NCBI GenBank assembly: GCA_030770535.1
Contig: JASVEC010000026.1
Coordinates: 434,001 to 498,000, forward strand
Length of the DNA: 64,000 nt
DNA from: Batkoa obscura
Taxonomy: Eukaryota
Direction of reading: 5' to 3'
This document shows, in pieces, positions 51,647 to 62,950 of this stretch. Position numbers and translations under genes: made by a program. How positions within the stretch are numbered: the first letter of the stretch is position 1; each line of letters opens with the position of its first letter. Below the pieces are notes generated by a model. The model was not told the DNA's origin, ran no database searches, and saw only the letters and a program-made list of their open reading frames with translations.

Positions 51647-52139
51647 AGTATTTGAAACTCAACGTGAATAAAACTATAGCAAGTTACTAATAAAGTATTT
51701 TTTAAAATATTTAAAGCTTTAAAATATTCAAATCTTGCTTATAAGTCCGCTTTTCTTTTCTTTTTTTAATCTAGACCCATTTGTATTTTTGGCTTTGTAT
51801 AGGTAATTAAATTTATACTGAAGTTTTTGTGCAAATTTCAGTAGGGAGTTACAATTCTGATCTGGAGTTATAAAGTTAGGTTATATTAAAATAAAATGTT
51901 CAGCATAAAATAAACTAGGCAATTGCATTTAAATAATAAGTGATCATTTTATTTTGTAAAATATATATATCATTCCAAATTAGAATTGTAATCTCTACTG
52001 AAACTCGCGTAAAAGCCCCAGCATAAATTTAACTACTTATAATATTTATAAAATTATGAAAGAAATAAAAATATAAGTGGTTGTTGTTTCTATCATTTAG
52101 CTAAGCTCATATTTTAATAATTATCAAAAGTCATCAATT

Positions 52140-52336
52140 GAGTATGTATTTTTATGTGAGGATGTTTTTTTTGGTTTCATTACTTTTTTCCATCTTAAGC
52201 GCTATTTGAGCAGAAAGATTGTTAGTAAAATTCCTAAACAAAAAAATACATCCATGTTTAAGAATTTTACTAACAATCTTTCTGCTCAAATAGCGCTTAA
52301 AAGATGGAAAAGTGATAAAGCCAAAAAAAACACACC
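52140..52336 (-). mobile_element. MITE family A copy (TSD AATT) containing a nested opposite-strand copy
   Basis: AATT at 52136-52139 and 52337-52340; outer copy split at ATGT. Confidence 0.8.
52158..52253 (+). mobile_element. Nested MITE family A copy, TSD ATGT
   Basis: ATGT at 52154-52157 and 52254-52257. Confidence 0.8.
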
Positions 52337-52494
52337 AATTATTATATTTAAATTATAATGCCAGAATCAAAATTTAGTCGATTAATAGAAAACAACTTAA
52401 ATGATATACAGTTAAAATTTATTTTAATATCCAGTCGCTGAGCCAATGCTAGCACTGGTGACAATAGACTTTATCTCGCTTTGAACTTCACTCC

Positions 52495-53877
52495 CTAATG
52501 ATTCACTTTCACTTTTGATGAACCAGAGCAAGATTTTAAATCTTTCTTTGAAGGTAAAGCAACTTTACTAGCGAATCCTTCAAAATCACATTGAGCTCCT
52601 TTATTAACTGCATTTTGCATTATAATAGAACTACGTACAGTAGAGTTACAGAATGAAAATGGACCATAGACAGCTTTGGCAGTATCAGTAGAAACATCAT
52701 CGCAGACTCCATTGGTACAATTGTAGCCAAAGATTTTACCTAATTTCTCACCACTTTCTTTCAATAAACCTTTAGAGTTGATTTGACATTCAACGGACTG
52801 TAAAGCACAAGCACAGACATCATCTGATGGTGTTAATGGGAGCTTTTCAGAAGCTTTCCAAGTTTCGTTAACAGGAGGACATTTAACAGTTTTGGTTTCT
52901 GGAGTATAAGCATTTTTTTTTATTAACTTTGGTTTAGCTTCAGAATAATGTTTCTTTACTACTTCAAAATCAGGCAATAAATCTACTTTATTACCATTGA
53001 TCTTAACCAAACCATAATCATTGTCTTCTTGACTATATTCATAAACAATACCACCAGAAAGTACTTCGTTCATTTCTTTATAAAGTGCTTTAGTGTCCCC
53101 AAAACTTCTTGGTTTAACTACATTACAACCATATTCAGATAAAATACTTGGAATACCTAATTCTGCCATTTCTTTAACTTTGATATCATAACCTGATTTT
53201 TGCATATCAGATTCACCACACCAAGAATAGATATTAATACCATAAAAATCAGCTTTATCTTCTTGTTTACCACAAGCAAAGAAATCTTGAACATTCTTAC
53301 GGATAGCTGGATCATCATTGTTAGCATAACCAACAGGGATAACACGAGGTTTAGTTTTAATATAAGCCTTAATATCTCTTAAAGCTGCTTTGACATGGCC
53401 TGAAGAAGGAGTGTTTGTTTTATCATTATTAACTTCATTACCAGCAAAAAATCCAAGTACATTATTATATTTGGAAAATACATCAATCTTTTGTTTATAA
53501 AAATCATAGACGGTAGTATCATAAGCTGGCTGATTACGATCAATTGAAACATTAGGGGTTGGAAGATCTAGTAACACATAAATGCCAGCTTCATCTAATA
53601 ATTTCATACATTCATCATGGCTCTTATTACTATAAGTTTCATATACACGAATGGTATTAGTACCTAAAGCTTTCAAATGTGGTATATCCCTTTTGCAACC
53701 AGCAACATCAGCTAAAGGATCATAGTTACCCCCAGCTCTTGGCTGATAAGCTACACCTTTCATAAAGAATTGATCTCCAGTTACTGAATCAAAGAACTTG
53801 GAGCCTTTAATCTCAATAGGGTTTAAAGCGAATAATAAGCTTGGAAGAGTAAGATAATAAAATAAAGTTGGAATCAT
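52495..53877 (-). CDS. GH72 glucanosyltransferase, near-identical paralog lacking the Ser/Thr tail
   Basis: Almost identical to the first ~453 aa encoded by 44342-46060. Confidence 0.93.
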   Translation of the reverse strand: MIPTLFYYLTLPSLLFALNPIEIKGSKFFDSVTGDQFFMKGVAYQPRAGGNYDPLADVAGCKRDIPHLKALGTNTIRVYETYSNKSHDECMKLLDEAGIYVLLDLPTPNVSIDRNQPAYDTTVYDFYKQKIDVFSKYNNVLGFFAGNEVNNDKTNTPSSGHVKAALRDIKAYIKTKPRVIPVGYANNDDPAIRKNVQDFFACGKQEDKADFYGINIYSWCGESDMQKSGYDIKVKEMAELGIPSILSEYGCNVVKPRSFGDTKALYKEMNEVLSGGIVYEYSQEDNDYGLVKINGNKVDLLPDFEVVKKHYSEAKPKLIKKNAYTPETKTVKCPPVNETWKASEKLPLTPSDDVCACALQSVECQINSKGLLKESGEKLGKIFGYNCTNGVCDDVSTDTAKAVYGPFSFCNSTVRSSIIMQNAVNKGAQCDFEGFASKVALPSKKDLKSCSGSSKVKVNH

Positions 53878-54388
53878 TGTTCAATTGATTAATTATAGAC
53901 TTTGTAATTTCAAATTAAACAAAGTAGAAATAGATTAAAGAAAGTTACTAAGTTAAATTGGCTTTTATATTCTATTTAAAGCCACTCATCCTTTGGTTTG
54001 TTGATGTATTAATTAATTGAATATTTGAGCTTCTTTATTTAGTAGTTTTCAGTTGTTTTTCTTTTACTCTGTTTGACTTCTAAGAACTTTTTGATTAAAT
54101 TTGTGGTTCTCATTATTAAAATTTGGTGGATAAAATAAAATTAATTGAGTTTATTAAGCTCCAATATTCAATAATTCAATGATTTCACTGTAAAATAATT
54201 CTAATGTTTGGTACCTCGATGTAAACTTACTACCAATCTTGCAGCTTTATTCAAGTTGTTTGAACAATGTAGAATCTATTTATTAATTACAATTAATTAT
54301 AAATTATCAGCTTATTAAATTAATCAACTCAATTAATTTTCAAGTATCAAAAAGTAACTGCTTTGTTTGTTCCATTTTGGTTTACTAA

Positions 54389-54583
54389 TCTATTAAGCGT
54401 CTCTTCCCTAATCAAAAAGTGACAATTTTCCTGACACTAGGTTTTTTGTTTTAACGGTTAGTTTATACGGTTGCCCAGGTTCAGATTTTTTTTTGAAAAT
54501 TCATTAGTAAAAGCTTTGACTCTGCATAATTGCTTAAAGCCATCTATTTTTTGCGTATACATACGGCATATGCGCTTAACGGG
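54389..54583. mobile_element. piggyBac-like non-autonomous insertion (~195 bp)
   Basis: Ends ...GCGCTTAACGGG followed by TTAA; decayed inverted left end CTAA|TCTATTAAGCG; absent from the paralogous upstream region near 46940. Confidence 0.45.
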
Positions 54584-54809
54584 TTAAACAATAATAGAAG
54601 TCAACTAAAACTTTAAAATAGCATTCTAAAATAATGCAAGCTGATAATAAAAGTCTATGATTAATATATAATATATTCTTATGAGAGCATATCTGATAAA
54701 ATTTTATCGATAAGAAGTAAATATAATTTAATATTATGCCTAATTACATATTAAATAATGTAATATTGCTTTATTACTATCTATTATTTTGTAATTTTAA
54801 TTATCATAT

Positions 54810-54907
54810 GGAAATGTATTTTTTTATTTAAGAATTTTACTAACAATCTTTCTGCTCAAATAGCGCTTAAAATATGGAAAAAGCAATGAAACCAAAAAAA
54901 CATCCTC
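54810..54907 (-). mobile_element. MITE family A copy, TSD ATAT
   Basis: Consensus reverse complement. Confidence 0.85.
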
Positions 54908-55118
54908 ATATACTTCATTAAATATTAAAATTGCATATATTGAATGCATTGTATAAATAAACTGAATATATAAAATACTAAACCCATTAAAAAATGCAAT
55001 AAAATATTAAAAAATTGAACAAGCACCTTGACTTTTAATAAAAGTTATATCGCATAGTCTCAAACCAAAAGATTTATTATATAAAAAGCTTTTATTAAAA
55101 TGAGGAGCCTTCGCTCAC

Positions 55119-56065
55119 TCAAGATCTCAATATCTGCCTAGCGAAAAACGCTCTTTCTAAATCCCTAGGCGTTAATTTTTTACTTGAATCTTCTTTAAAT
55201 TCTTCTTGAAACTTAGATATCACTGCTTCAACCGTAGCAAAATAAGTCATATAGATCTTAGCTGTATATGACTTACTTTCAATTCCAAGTCCAGTTAAAC
55301 CCTCATCGGACATGTAAGGTAAATTACATGACATCATACTTAAAATACCTATAATTGATTAAAAAGAGTAATTAAAATAAGAACAATAATATACCTGAAG
55401 CAGTAGCAGGACCAAAGCCACGAATTTCACTTATTTTTTGAATGGATTCAAAAACAGTATCCTTATGATTGAAAAAAGTTTCAGAATCTATTTATAATTT
55501 AACTTTTATAATTTAAAAATAAAAAAATTTACCGATTTTAATTAATTTTTCATACACCTCATTCATAATTTTTGTAACTTCTTCTTCTTTGTTTTCTTTT
55601 ACTAAACTTGCTAACCTCATTCGATATTTTCCTCTCTATACTTTGTAATTATTTTTTATTAACTTAAATAAGTAACAATAAACTTACTGAAAGTTTCCAA
55701 CCCATAATAGTTGTAAGATGATCCATTTTAATATCATTTTTAAAATCAATCTTATCCTCATCTCCACCAAAAAGATATTTTTCTAAACTAGTTAATTTTG
55801 GTGCACCATCAATTTTTATAATTCCATTTTTTTGAACCAGTTTTTCAATGGAATTTAATACTGGTTGAACTTGTTGTTCAAACATGTTCTCCTGTTTATA
55901 TTCTAATGCTTCTTGATATCGGTCAACCCATTGTAATATCTCTTCAAAATCAATATCGGGTATATTGTCTAAGTCCTTGGGCTCAACGATACTTTTATTT
56001 ACCTTAGATTTCCTTGCAGTTGCTGGCTTTTTGGGCATAGAACTTGCTCCCCGAATCTTTGGCAT
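55119..56065 (-). CDS. Amun-like helix-hairpin-helix (DNA glycosylase-like) protein (4 exons)
   Basis: MGWKLSRGKYRMRLASLVKEN, IRGFGPATASGILS and LPYMSDE motifs after splicing. Confidence 0.75.
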
Positions 56066-56939
56066 CCTTTTTATATACTCAAAAAATAATAATAGTATTT
56101 TTTTTTAAAAAGAGTATTGTATGCTTTTGGGATTCTTTTGCTTTTGTTAGTAATTTATTAAGGCTTTCATTGGCTAGCTTTTGCTCTTTATCCCTTAAGC
56201 TTGGAGTTTACTTTGTTGAAGTTGTAAATGTAATCTCACTCAAACATAAATCATTTTAAAATTATTAAGTCATCAAAAAGCCTACCTTATTGTTTCATTC
56301 GATTTTTAATATGAAAACAATCGATTTCCTTTATAAAATTTACTACTTCAAAGTTGAATTTCTGCATTTAATTTTCAATGTATTAAATAATACTATAAAG
56401 TAATTTTACATTCATTACTCTGAAATTCAGCAGTAAATAATAACAACACGTATAAAACATTCAATATCTTTTTTAAAAAAAATTCAAACTCAAAAGGAAT
56501 ATAATAATAAAATTACAATAAAATCTAATTAGTTAAATGACATTAAACAATATATTAAATGTGTAAATACGAAAAAAATATGACAATATTACACTTGAAC
56601 TATCGATCAAAATGGCTCAAGTGGGTTAACTTAATTAATTCGCCACTCAAACTAACCAATTAAAATTAATGCTATGAAAAGGGGTTATTCATTCCAATGA
56701 CCAACTTAAAGTAGAACATTGAAAAAAAGCCAATTGTATGTGATAAAAATTAAATTTTCTCAAAAGAAGAAAAACGAATTAATAGCATATTAATAGAATA
56801 AGTATATAATCCACAAAACATTCCATAACCATTTCTCTTTTATATAAAACAAAATAATAGTTTGGTTTTTAATCAACTTTAAATAGTTCATTACATATCT
56901 ATTCAATTCTATTTCTTACTTAATTTACTTAATATAATT

Positions 56940-58514
56940 ATGCTACTTATAAATCAATTAATTTTAGCTTTACTTCCACTTTCAGTGTATTCTATTAATC
57001 GCATTGAAATCAAAGGAAGTAAATTCTTTGATAGTGAAACTGGAGAACAATTCTTTATGAAGGGTGTAGCTTATCAACCAAGAGCAGGTGGTAACTATGA
57101 TCCATTGGCGGATGTAGAAGGATGTAAAAGAGATATCAAATATTTGAAAGATTTAGGAGTCAACACTGTTCGAGTTTATGAGTCATATCCCTGGAATAAT
57201 CATGATGAATGTATGAAATTATTAGAAGAAGCTAATATCTATTTATTATTAGATTTAGCTATACCAAAAAGATCAATTAATCGAATGTTACCATTTTATG
57301 ATACTGATATTTTGGTTCATTTTAAACAAAATATTGATAGTTTTTCAAAATTCAAAAATTTAATTGGCTTTTTTGCTGGTAATGAAGTTACTAATGATAA
57401 AAAAACAACTCCAGCATCTGCTCATATCAAAGCTATTTTAAGGGATACTAAAGCTTATATTAAAAATAAAGGTTTAAAGATACCAGTTGGTTATGCTAAT
57501 AATGATGATCCAGATGTACGTAATATGATTCAAGATTATTTTAATTGTGGTAAAGATGAAGAACGAGCAGATTTTTATGGTATTAATATTTATGCTTGGT
57601 GTGGGGATTCTAGTATGGAAAAATCAGGTTATGATAAACGTACTGAAGAAGTGAAAGATTATAGTATACCAAGTATCTTATCAGAATTTGGTTGTAACGT
57701 AATTACTCCTCGTCCATTTGGTGATCTTGATGCTTTATATGGTGAAGAAATGGCTTCCGTTTGGTCCGGTGGTATTGTTTATGAATTCACTGAAGAACAC
57801 AATAAGTACGGTTTAATTGAAATCAAAAGTGGAAAAGTTAAAACTTTACCTGATTTTGATGTTGTCAAAAAGAAATTTAAAGATAATAAACCTAAAGGTA
57901 CTAATAAAGGAGATTATAATCCAAAGAGTAAGAAATCTAGTTGTCCATCTGTTGAAAATGATTGGAAAGCTTCTGAAAAATTACCACCAACTCCCAATGA
58001 AGATGCTTGTAAATGTATGTTTGAATCACTTGCTTGTCAAGTGAATGAAAATGGTCAAGCTGAAAGTAATGGTGAAAAAGTAGGTAAAATTATTGGAGAA
58101 GCATGTGGAGATGGGGTATGTGATTTAATTAAAAGTGATACTGAGAAAGGAGAGTATGGGGATTTTTCAATTTGTGATGCTACTATACGTAATTCCATTG
58201 TATTTAGTGAAGCAGTTAAAAAAGGTGCTAAATGTGATTTTAATGGATTTGCTTCAAGTAATAAGAAAACTAATGGCAAAGGTAGTAAAGAATGTAGTAA
58301 ATTATCCCCTAATTTAAAAAGTGCTCCTAAAGCTAAGAAAATTGATGGTACTACCGAAAAAAAATCAAAGAGCTCAAATTCTTCTAATGATGAAGAAGAT
58401 GACAGTAACGATAAATCTGGAAGTAAAGATAGTAAAAACGGTGCTTCGTATGCCACCCATTCTATGTATACCCCACTCTTTATCTTTGGGTTCATTTATT
58501 CTTTATTAAATTAA
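56940..58514 (+). CDS. GH72 beta-1,3-glucanosyltransferase, GPI-anchored type
   Basis: Signal peptide, FFAGNEV, SEFGCN, Cys box, C-terminal NGA + hydrophobic tail. Confidence 0.95.
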   Translation: MLLINQLILALLPLSVYSINRIEIKGSKFFDSETGEQFFMKGVAYQPRAGGNYDPLADVEGCKRDIKYLKDLGVNTVRVYESYPWNNHDECMKLLEEANIYLLLDLAIPKRSINRMLPFYDTDILVHFKQNIDSFSKFKNLIGFFAGNEVTNDKKTTPASAHIKAILRDTKAYIKNKGLKIPVGYANNDDPDVRNMIQDYFNCGKDEERADFYGINIYAWCGDSSMEKSGYDKRTEEVKDYSIPSILSEFGCNVITPRPFGDLDALYGEEMASVWSGGIVYEFTEEHNKYGLIEIKSGKVKTLPDFDVVKKKFKDNKPKGTNKGDYNPKSKKSSCPSVENDWKASEKLPPTPNEDACKCMFESLACQVNENGQAESNGEKVGKIIGEACGDGVCDLIKSDTEKGEYGDFSICDATIRNSIVFSEAVKKGAKCDFNGFASSNKKTNGKGSKECSKLSPNLKSAPKAKKIDGTTEKKSKSSNSSNDEEDDSNDKSGSKDSKNGASYATHSMYTPLFIFGFIYSLLN

Positions 58515-58688
58515 TAAAATAATTTTCATTTTAAATTAATAATTTATTTTTATATATTATTTTATAAAATTACAATAATAAAATCAAAACAATAACGTAA
58601 AAAATTAAAAGAAATAACACCTGTAGCTTAATTATTTTATAGTTAGAGCTTTAAGAAAAATAACATTATAAAATAGTAAAGGATTGAA

Positions 58689-59432
58689 TTAGCGAGAAGT
58701 GATAACTAACTCAAGGAACTAAATAATAAATAAATTAAATAATATTTTAATTAAAATAAAACTTACATCTTCATATCTTATTTGAATCCAACCATCACCA
58801 TCCGTATCAAATCTACGGAAAGAACCAGTGAGTACATTTATTGTAACACAAACTTGAATAAAATTATCAAATGTAATATTTCTACCACCTACGTAAATAC
58901 AAAATAATCAAAAATACAATTTCATTTAAAAATAATAAATTATAACTTACCATGTCTATCAAATTTAGTGATAAGTAAATTTATAAAACGATCACTTAAA
59001 TTATAACCAAAAGCTCTTAAAGCAGATTTTAATTCATTTTGATCAATAGTACCAGATCGATCTGTATCAAAACTTTGAAAGCATTTTTTCCAATCTTCAA
59101 TATATTTCCATAACCCTTGAAACTCATTAAATCCAATAGTACCATTATGATCCCGATCAAACATTCCAACCATTAAACGTACTGTTTCATAATTAAAAGG
59201 AGACCAATCACCTAGAGTTTGAGGATTTAGATTAATGAAGGGGATTATAATTGACATGTATTAAATTCAACTTACCATTCACTAATGCTTGTTGTAATTC
59301 CGTTACGGATAATTGACCATTACCATCGGCATCAACGGATCGAAACCAAGACCATAATTGATTTTGGGATTGTTGTGTACTTGGTGGTGGATAAGCTGAA
59401 TTTTGTTGTTGATTATATGGATTCTGTTGCAT
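58689..59432 (-). CDS. PEF1: Penta-EF-hand protein (peflin/ALG-2-like), 4 exons
   Basis: [77 protein letters not shown]. Confidence 0.92.
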
Positions 59433-60546
59433 TTTTATGAAAAAATAGTAGAATTGATTTTATTATGCCGTGTTTCTAAGAATTGACATTAGTTTTAATG
59501 AAATCATTTTCATTGGTTCATTGAGTTGAAGCTGGATGATTTTAATGAGGTCATTTGTGTTGACCTCAAATCTTTATTGATTTTTTGAAGATTGAGGTTA
59601 TAAAATTGATAAAACTAACTCACTTTACAAAAATTTGACCTCACTCAGTTTATAATATTTTAGTAACTTGAAGTTATTGAATCAGTTCTGTTTTGTATCT
59701 CATTTTAACAAAAAATATAAAAGCTTTCTTGATACTATAATGAAGTTTTAATTAATCTAGATAATAAAAAGTTTTGTCAAATTTTTCGAAATGTTTATTT
59801 ATTATTAGATTCATATTAAATTTATATTTAATAAATTATACCTAATAAATCTTTCCTTTTTAAATACTAATTGCAATTTAGTCTTTTAAAACTTAAATTA
59901 AATTTTTATGTTTTGTTAATATACAATAAAATATTATTGTAAATATTTTATAATCATTACAGTACATATTTATAGTTCTAAATATGGGAAGTAAAGTCAT
60001 TTCAATAACTAATATTACAATTACACAATCTGATAATAGGAGTTTTATATCATTTTTGTTAAAAAATTAAATTTTTTTGAATTAATTTATATTTTTAAAA
60101 ATCAATTCATTTTTTGCAGTATTACATTATTCAATTTATAACTAATGTTTAACAATCTTAGTATCTTAATATAAAAAACTAAAAATAAAGTCTTATCTTT
60201 AAATTTGATAAACTATTGTTGAATTAATATAATAATAAATGATGACTAGTCTAATTAATTTTAATAAGAATTCTTTATTTTTTATAAAACATCAAACAAA
60301 AATTGAATATCTCAATTGAATCAATTTTAAAATCATACCCACCATTGAAGTTTGAAATAGCAATTTTTATTAATTTAATCAAACTCTAAGTATCACTTTA
60401 GTAAGAGACTAAACTATTTAATAGTGATATTAAAAATCATATTATATGAAAGAGAAAATAAAAATGAAAATGAAAATAAAAATATAAAAATGATCAATAA
60501 AATAATTCATATTATTTAATTTTTATCTTTTTTGTCAATATTTTGA

Positions 60547-61029
60547 ATGTTAAAAAAGTTATTCTTTATATTTATATTACTAATTATTGTAAATAACACT
60601 ACCTTATACCATTATGACTTACCACAAGTTCGACCAGTTATGGAAATTTTAAATATAAAAACAAAAGGTTATGAAGTCTACCATTCATCTCCAACATTCA
60701 CTCAATCACTTCCAACTTCCACATCTTTATCTCCTCACACCCATCAACAACAACAACATCAACAACATCAACAACAACATCAATATCAACAGTATTTTTC
60801 ACCAAATAAATATTCTCAATTACTATGTTCTGAAAAACCGATCTTACAAACAGGCTGTAAAATGAGGTCAGAGGGACCAATAGCTTATTTTTTTAGTAAA
60901 AAAATGAATAGATGTTTAGGATATAAAACAAATAATTGTTTATCGACAGTGTTTTTTAATAAAATGCATTGCTTTTCAAAATGTGGTGGAAGGGCAAGAG
61001 AGGAGAGTGAGGAAGGAATAAGGGATTAA
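60547..61029 (+). CDS. Secreted protein with Gln/His tract and C-terminal Kunitz/BPTI-like domain
   Basis: Hydrophobic N-terminus; six Cys spaced C-x9-C-x18-C-x7-C-x10-C-x3-C with YFFS...C..Y and F...C..KC. Confidence 0.7.
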   Translation: MLKKLFFIFILLIIVNNTTLYHYDLPQVRPVMEILNIKTKGYEVYHSSPTFTQSLPTSTSLSPHTHQQQQHQQHQQQHQYQQYFSPNKYSQLLCSEKPILQTGCKMRSEGPIAYFFSKKMNRCLGYKTNNCLSTVFFNKMHCFSKCGGRAREESEEGIRD

Positions 61030-61242
61030 TGTATTTTTATCTCTTGTAAAAAAAAATCAACGTTAAAATCAAAATTAAAATTGTTTGTTGTTTTGTTTTA
61101 TTAATTCTTAATTGAAGACATGCCTATCATCAATTGGTGATAAGGTTGAATTGAAATTTTTTACAAAAGTTAACTTTTTTTTGTAAAATAAAAATAAAAA
61201 ATTTGAAAATTTGAAATATTTTTTTAATTTTTTTTTTTCAAA

Positions 61243-61949
61243 ATGAGCACCTCCGCCCCAACCAAGGCTTCATCTCAGCCTATCAAGCGAACGGTTAACG
61301 ATTTTAAATTTGGTCGTATATTAGGGGAAGGTTCTTATTCAACAGTAATTAAAAATCCTCAATATTTCACTCTTAACTAACATTTAATAATTCTCTAATT
61401 ATAGGTAGTAGAAGCAATTGAAATAAAAAAAAATAAAAGCTATGCGGCTAAAGTAATTAGTAAAAAATTTATCATAAAAGAAAATAAAGTCAAATATATT
61501 TCAATTGAAAAACAAGCTTTATCAATACTTAATAAAAATTCCCCTTTTATTGTTCAATTGCATTATACCTTCCAAGACCCATTAAGATTATGTAAACAAT
61601 AATTTTAAATTGAATTAGAAAGAATGATTTTATTAATAATTTTAGTTTATATCCTTGATCTCGTTCCTAATGGTGATTTATTATATTATCTTAAAAAAGT
61701 AACTATTTAACATTATTATGAATATTATATTGTTATTAAATATCAAAACTAAATTAGAAAAAGACATTTGAATTACCTATTGCTAAATTTTATCTTGCTG
61801 AGATTGTGGAAGCTATTGAATATATGAGAAGTAAAGGGATTGCTCATAGGTAATTAGAATTAATTATTAAAGTGAACTATTTATTTATTTTATTTTATTT
61901 TATTTTATTTTAATAATAGAGACCTTAAACCAGAAAAGTAAAAAATCAA

Positions 61950-62023
<74 letters not shown>

Positions 62024-62709
62024 GTTATTTACTTTTTATTATAAATAGTATATTATTAGATCAAAACATGCATATTAAAATTACGGATTTTGGTTCAGCA
62101 AAAATATGTAACAATCCAACTACAACCACGACGATTATGAATGAAACTAAAATAAGTAACTATTATTATATTTTAGTAGCAAAACTTGTAATAATAACAT
62201 GATATTATTTTATTTTATTAGACAAAACAAATTCATTTGTAGGAACAGCTCATTATGCTAGTCCTGAATTACTAGAAGATAAAGATGCAAATCAATCTTC
62301 TGATTTGTGGGCCTTAGGTTGTATTTGTTATCAATTTTTAACTGGAATTACACCATTTGATGCTAATAATGATTATCAAATCTTTCAAAAAATTGTAGCT
62401 TTAGATTATAAATTTACAGATAATATATTACCTATTGAAAAAGATTTTATTCAAAAATTATTAGTAAGTTTTATATCATTATTACTAGTTTTTTATAATT
62501 AATATATTTTTTAGGTTAAAGAGCCAGAATCTAGATTAGGTGCTTTAGATTTTGATTGTTTGAAGCAGCATCCTATATTTGATAAGATTGATTTTAAAAA
62601 TTTACATAATCAATTACCTCCTCCTTTAAATATTAAACCACCTACAATTGATAATTTTAATGAAGAAGAATGGTTTCATTTAGATGAAAATAAATTGCCT
62701 TTAGTTTAA
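61243..62709 (+). CDS. PDK1/PKH-like AGC kinase, catalytic domain only (about 8 exons)
   Basis: DFKFGRILGEGSYSTV, IIKENKVKYI, HRDLKPE, KITDFGSAK, SFVGTAHYASPELL, SDLWALGCICYQF. Confidence 0.88.
61952..62023 (+). repeat. (TTA)24 microsatellite in a kinase intron
   Basis: Perfect TTA run. Confidence 0.95.
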
Positions 62710-62787
62710 TTAAAATATACAAACTATCGATTACAATAATTTATATTAATTTTGTATATTAATAATTAATAATTAATAATAACATAT

Positions 62788-62886
62788 GAGGGTATTTTTT
62801 TTGGTTTCATAACTTTTTCCGTTTTTTAAGCACTATTTGAATGGAAAAATTGCTAGTAAAATTCTTAAATAAAAAAATACATCCTC
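62788..62886 (+). mobile_element. MITE family A copy, TSD ATAT
   Basis: Consensus match between convergent gene ends. Confidence 0.85.
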
Positions 62887-62950
62887 ATATATTTAATATA
62901 GTATAAAAGATAAGGATAAGGATAAGGATAAGACTATAAACTAACTATAT

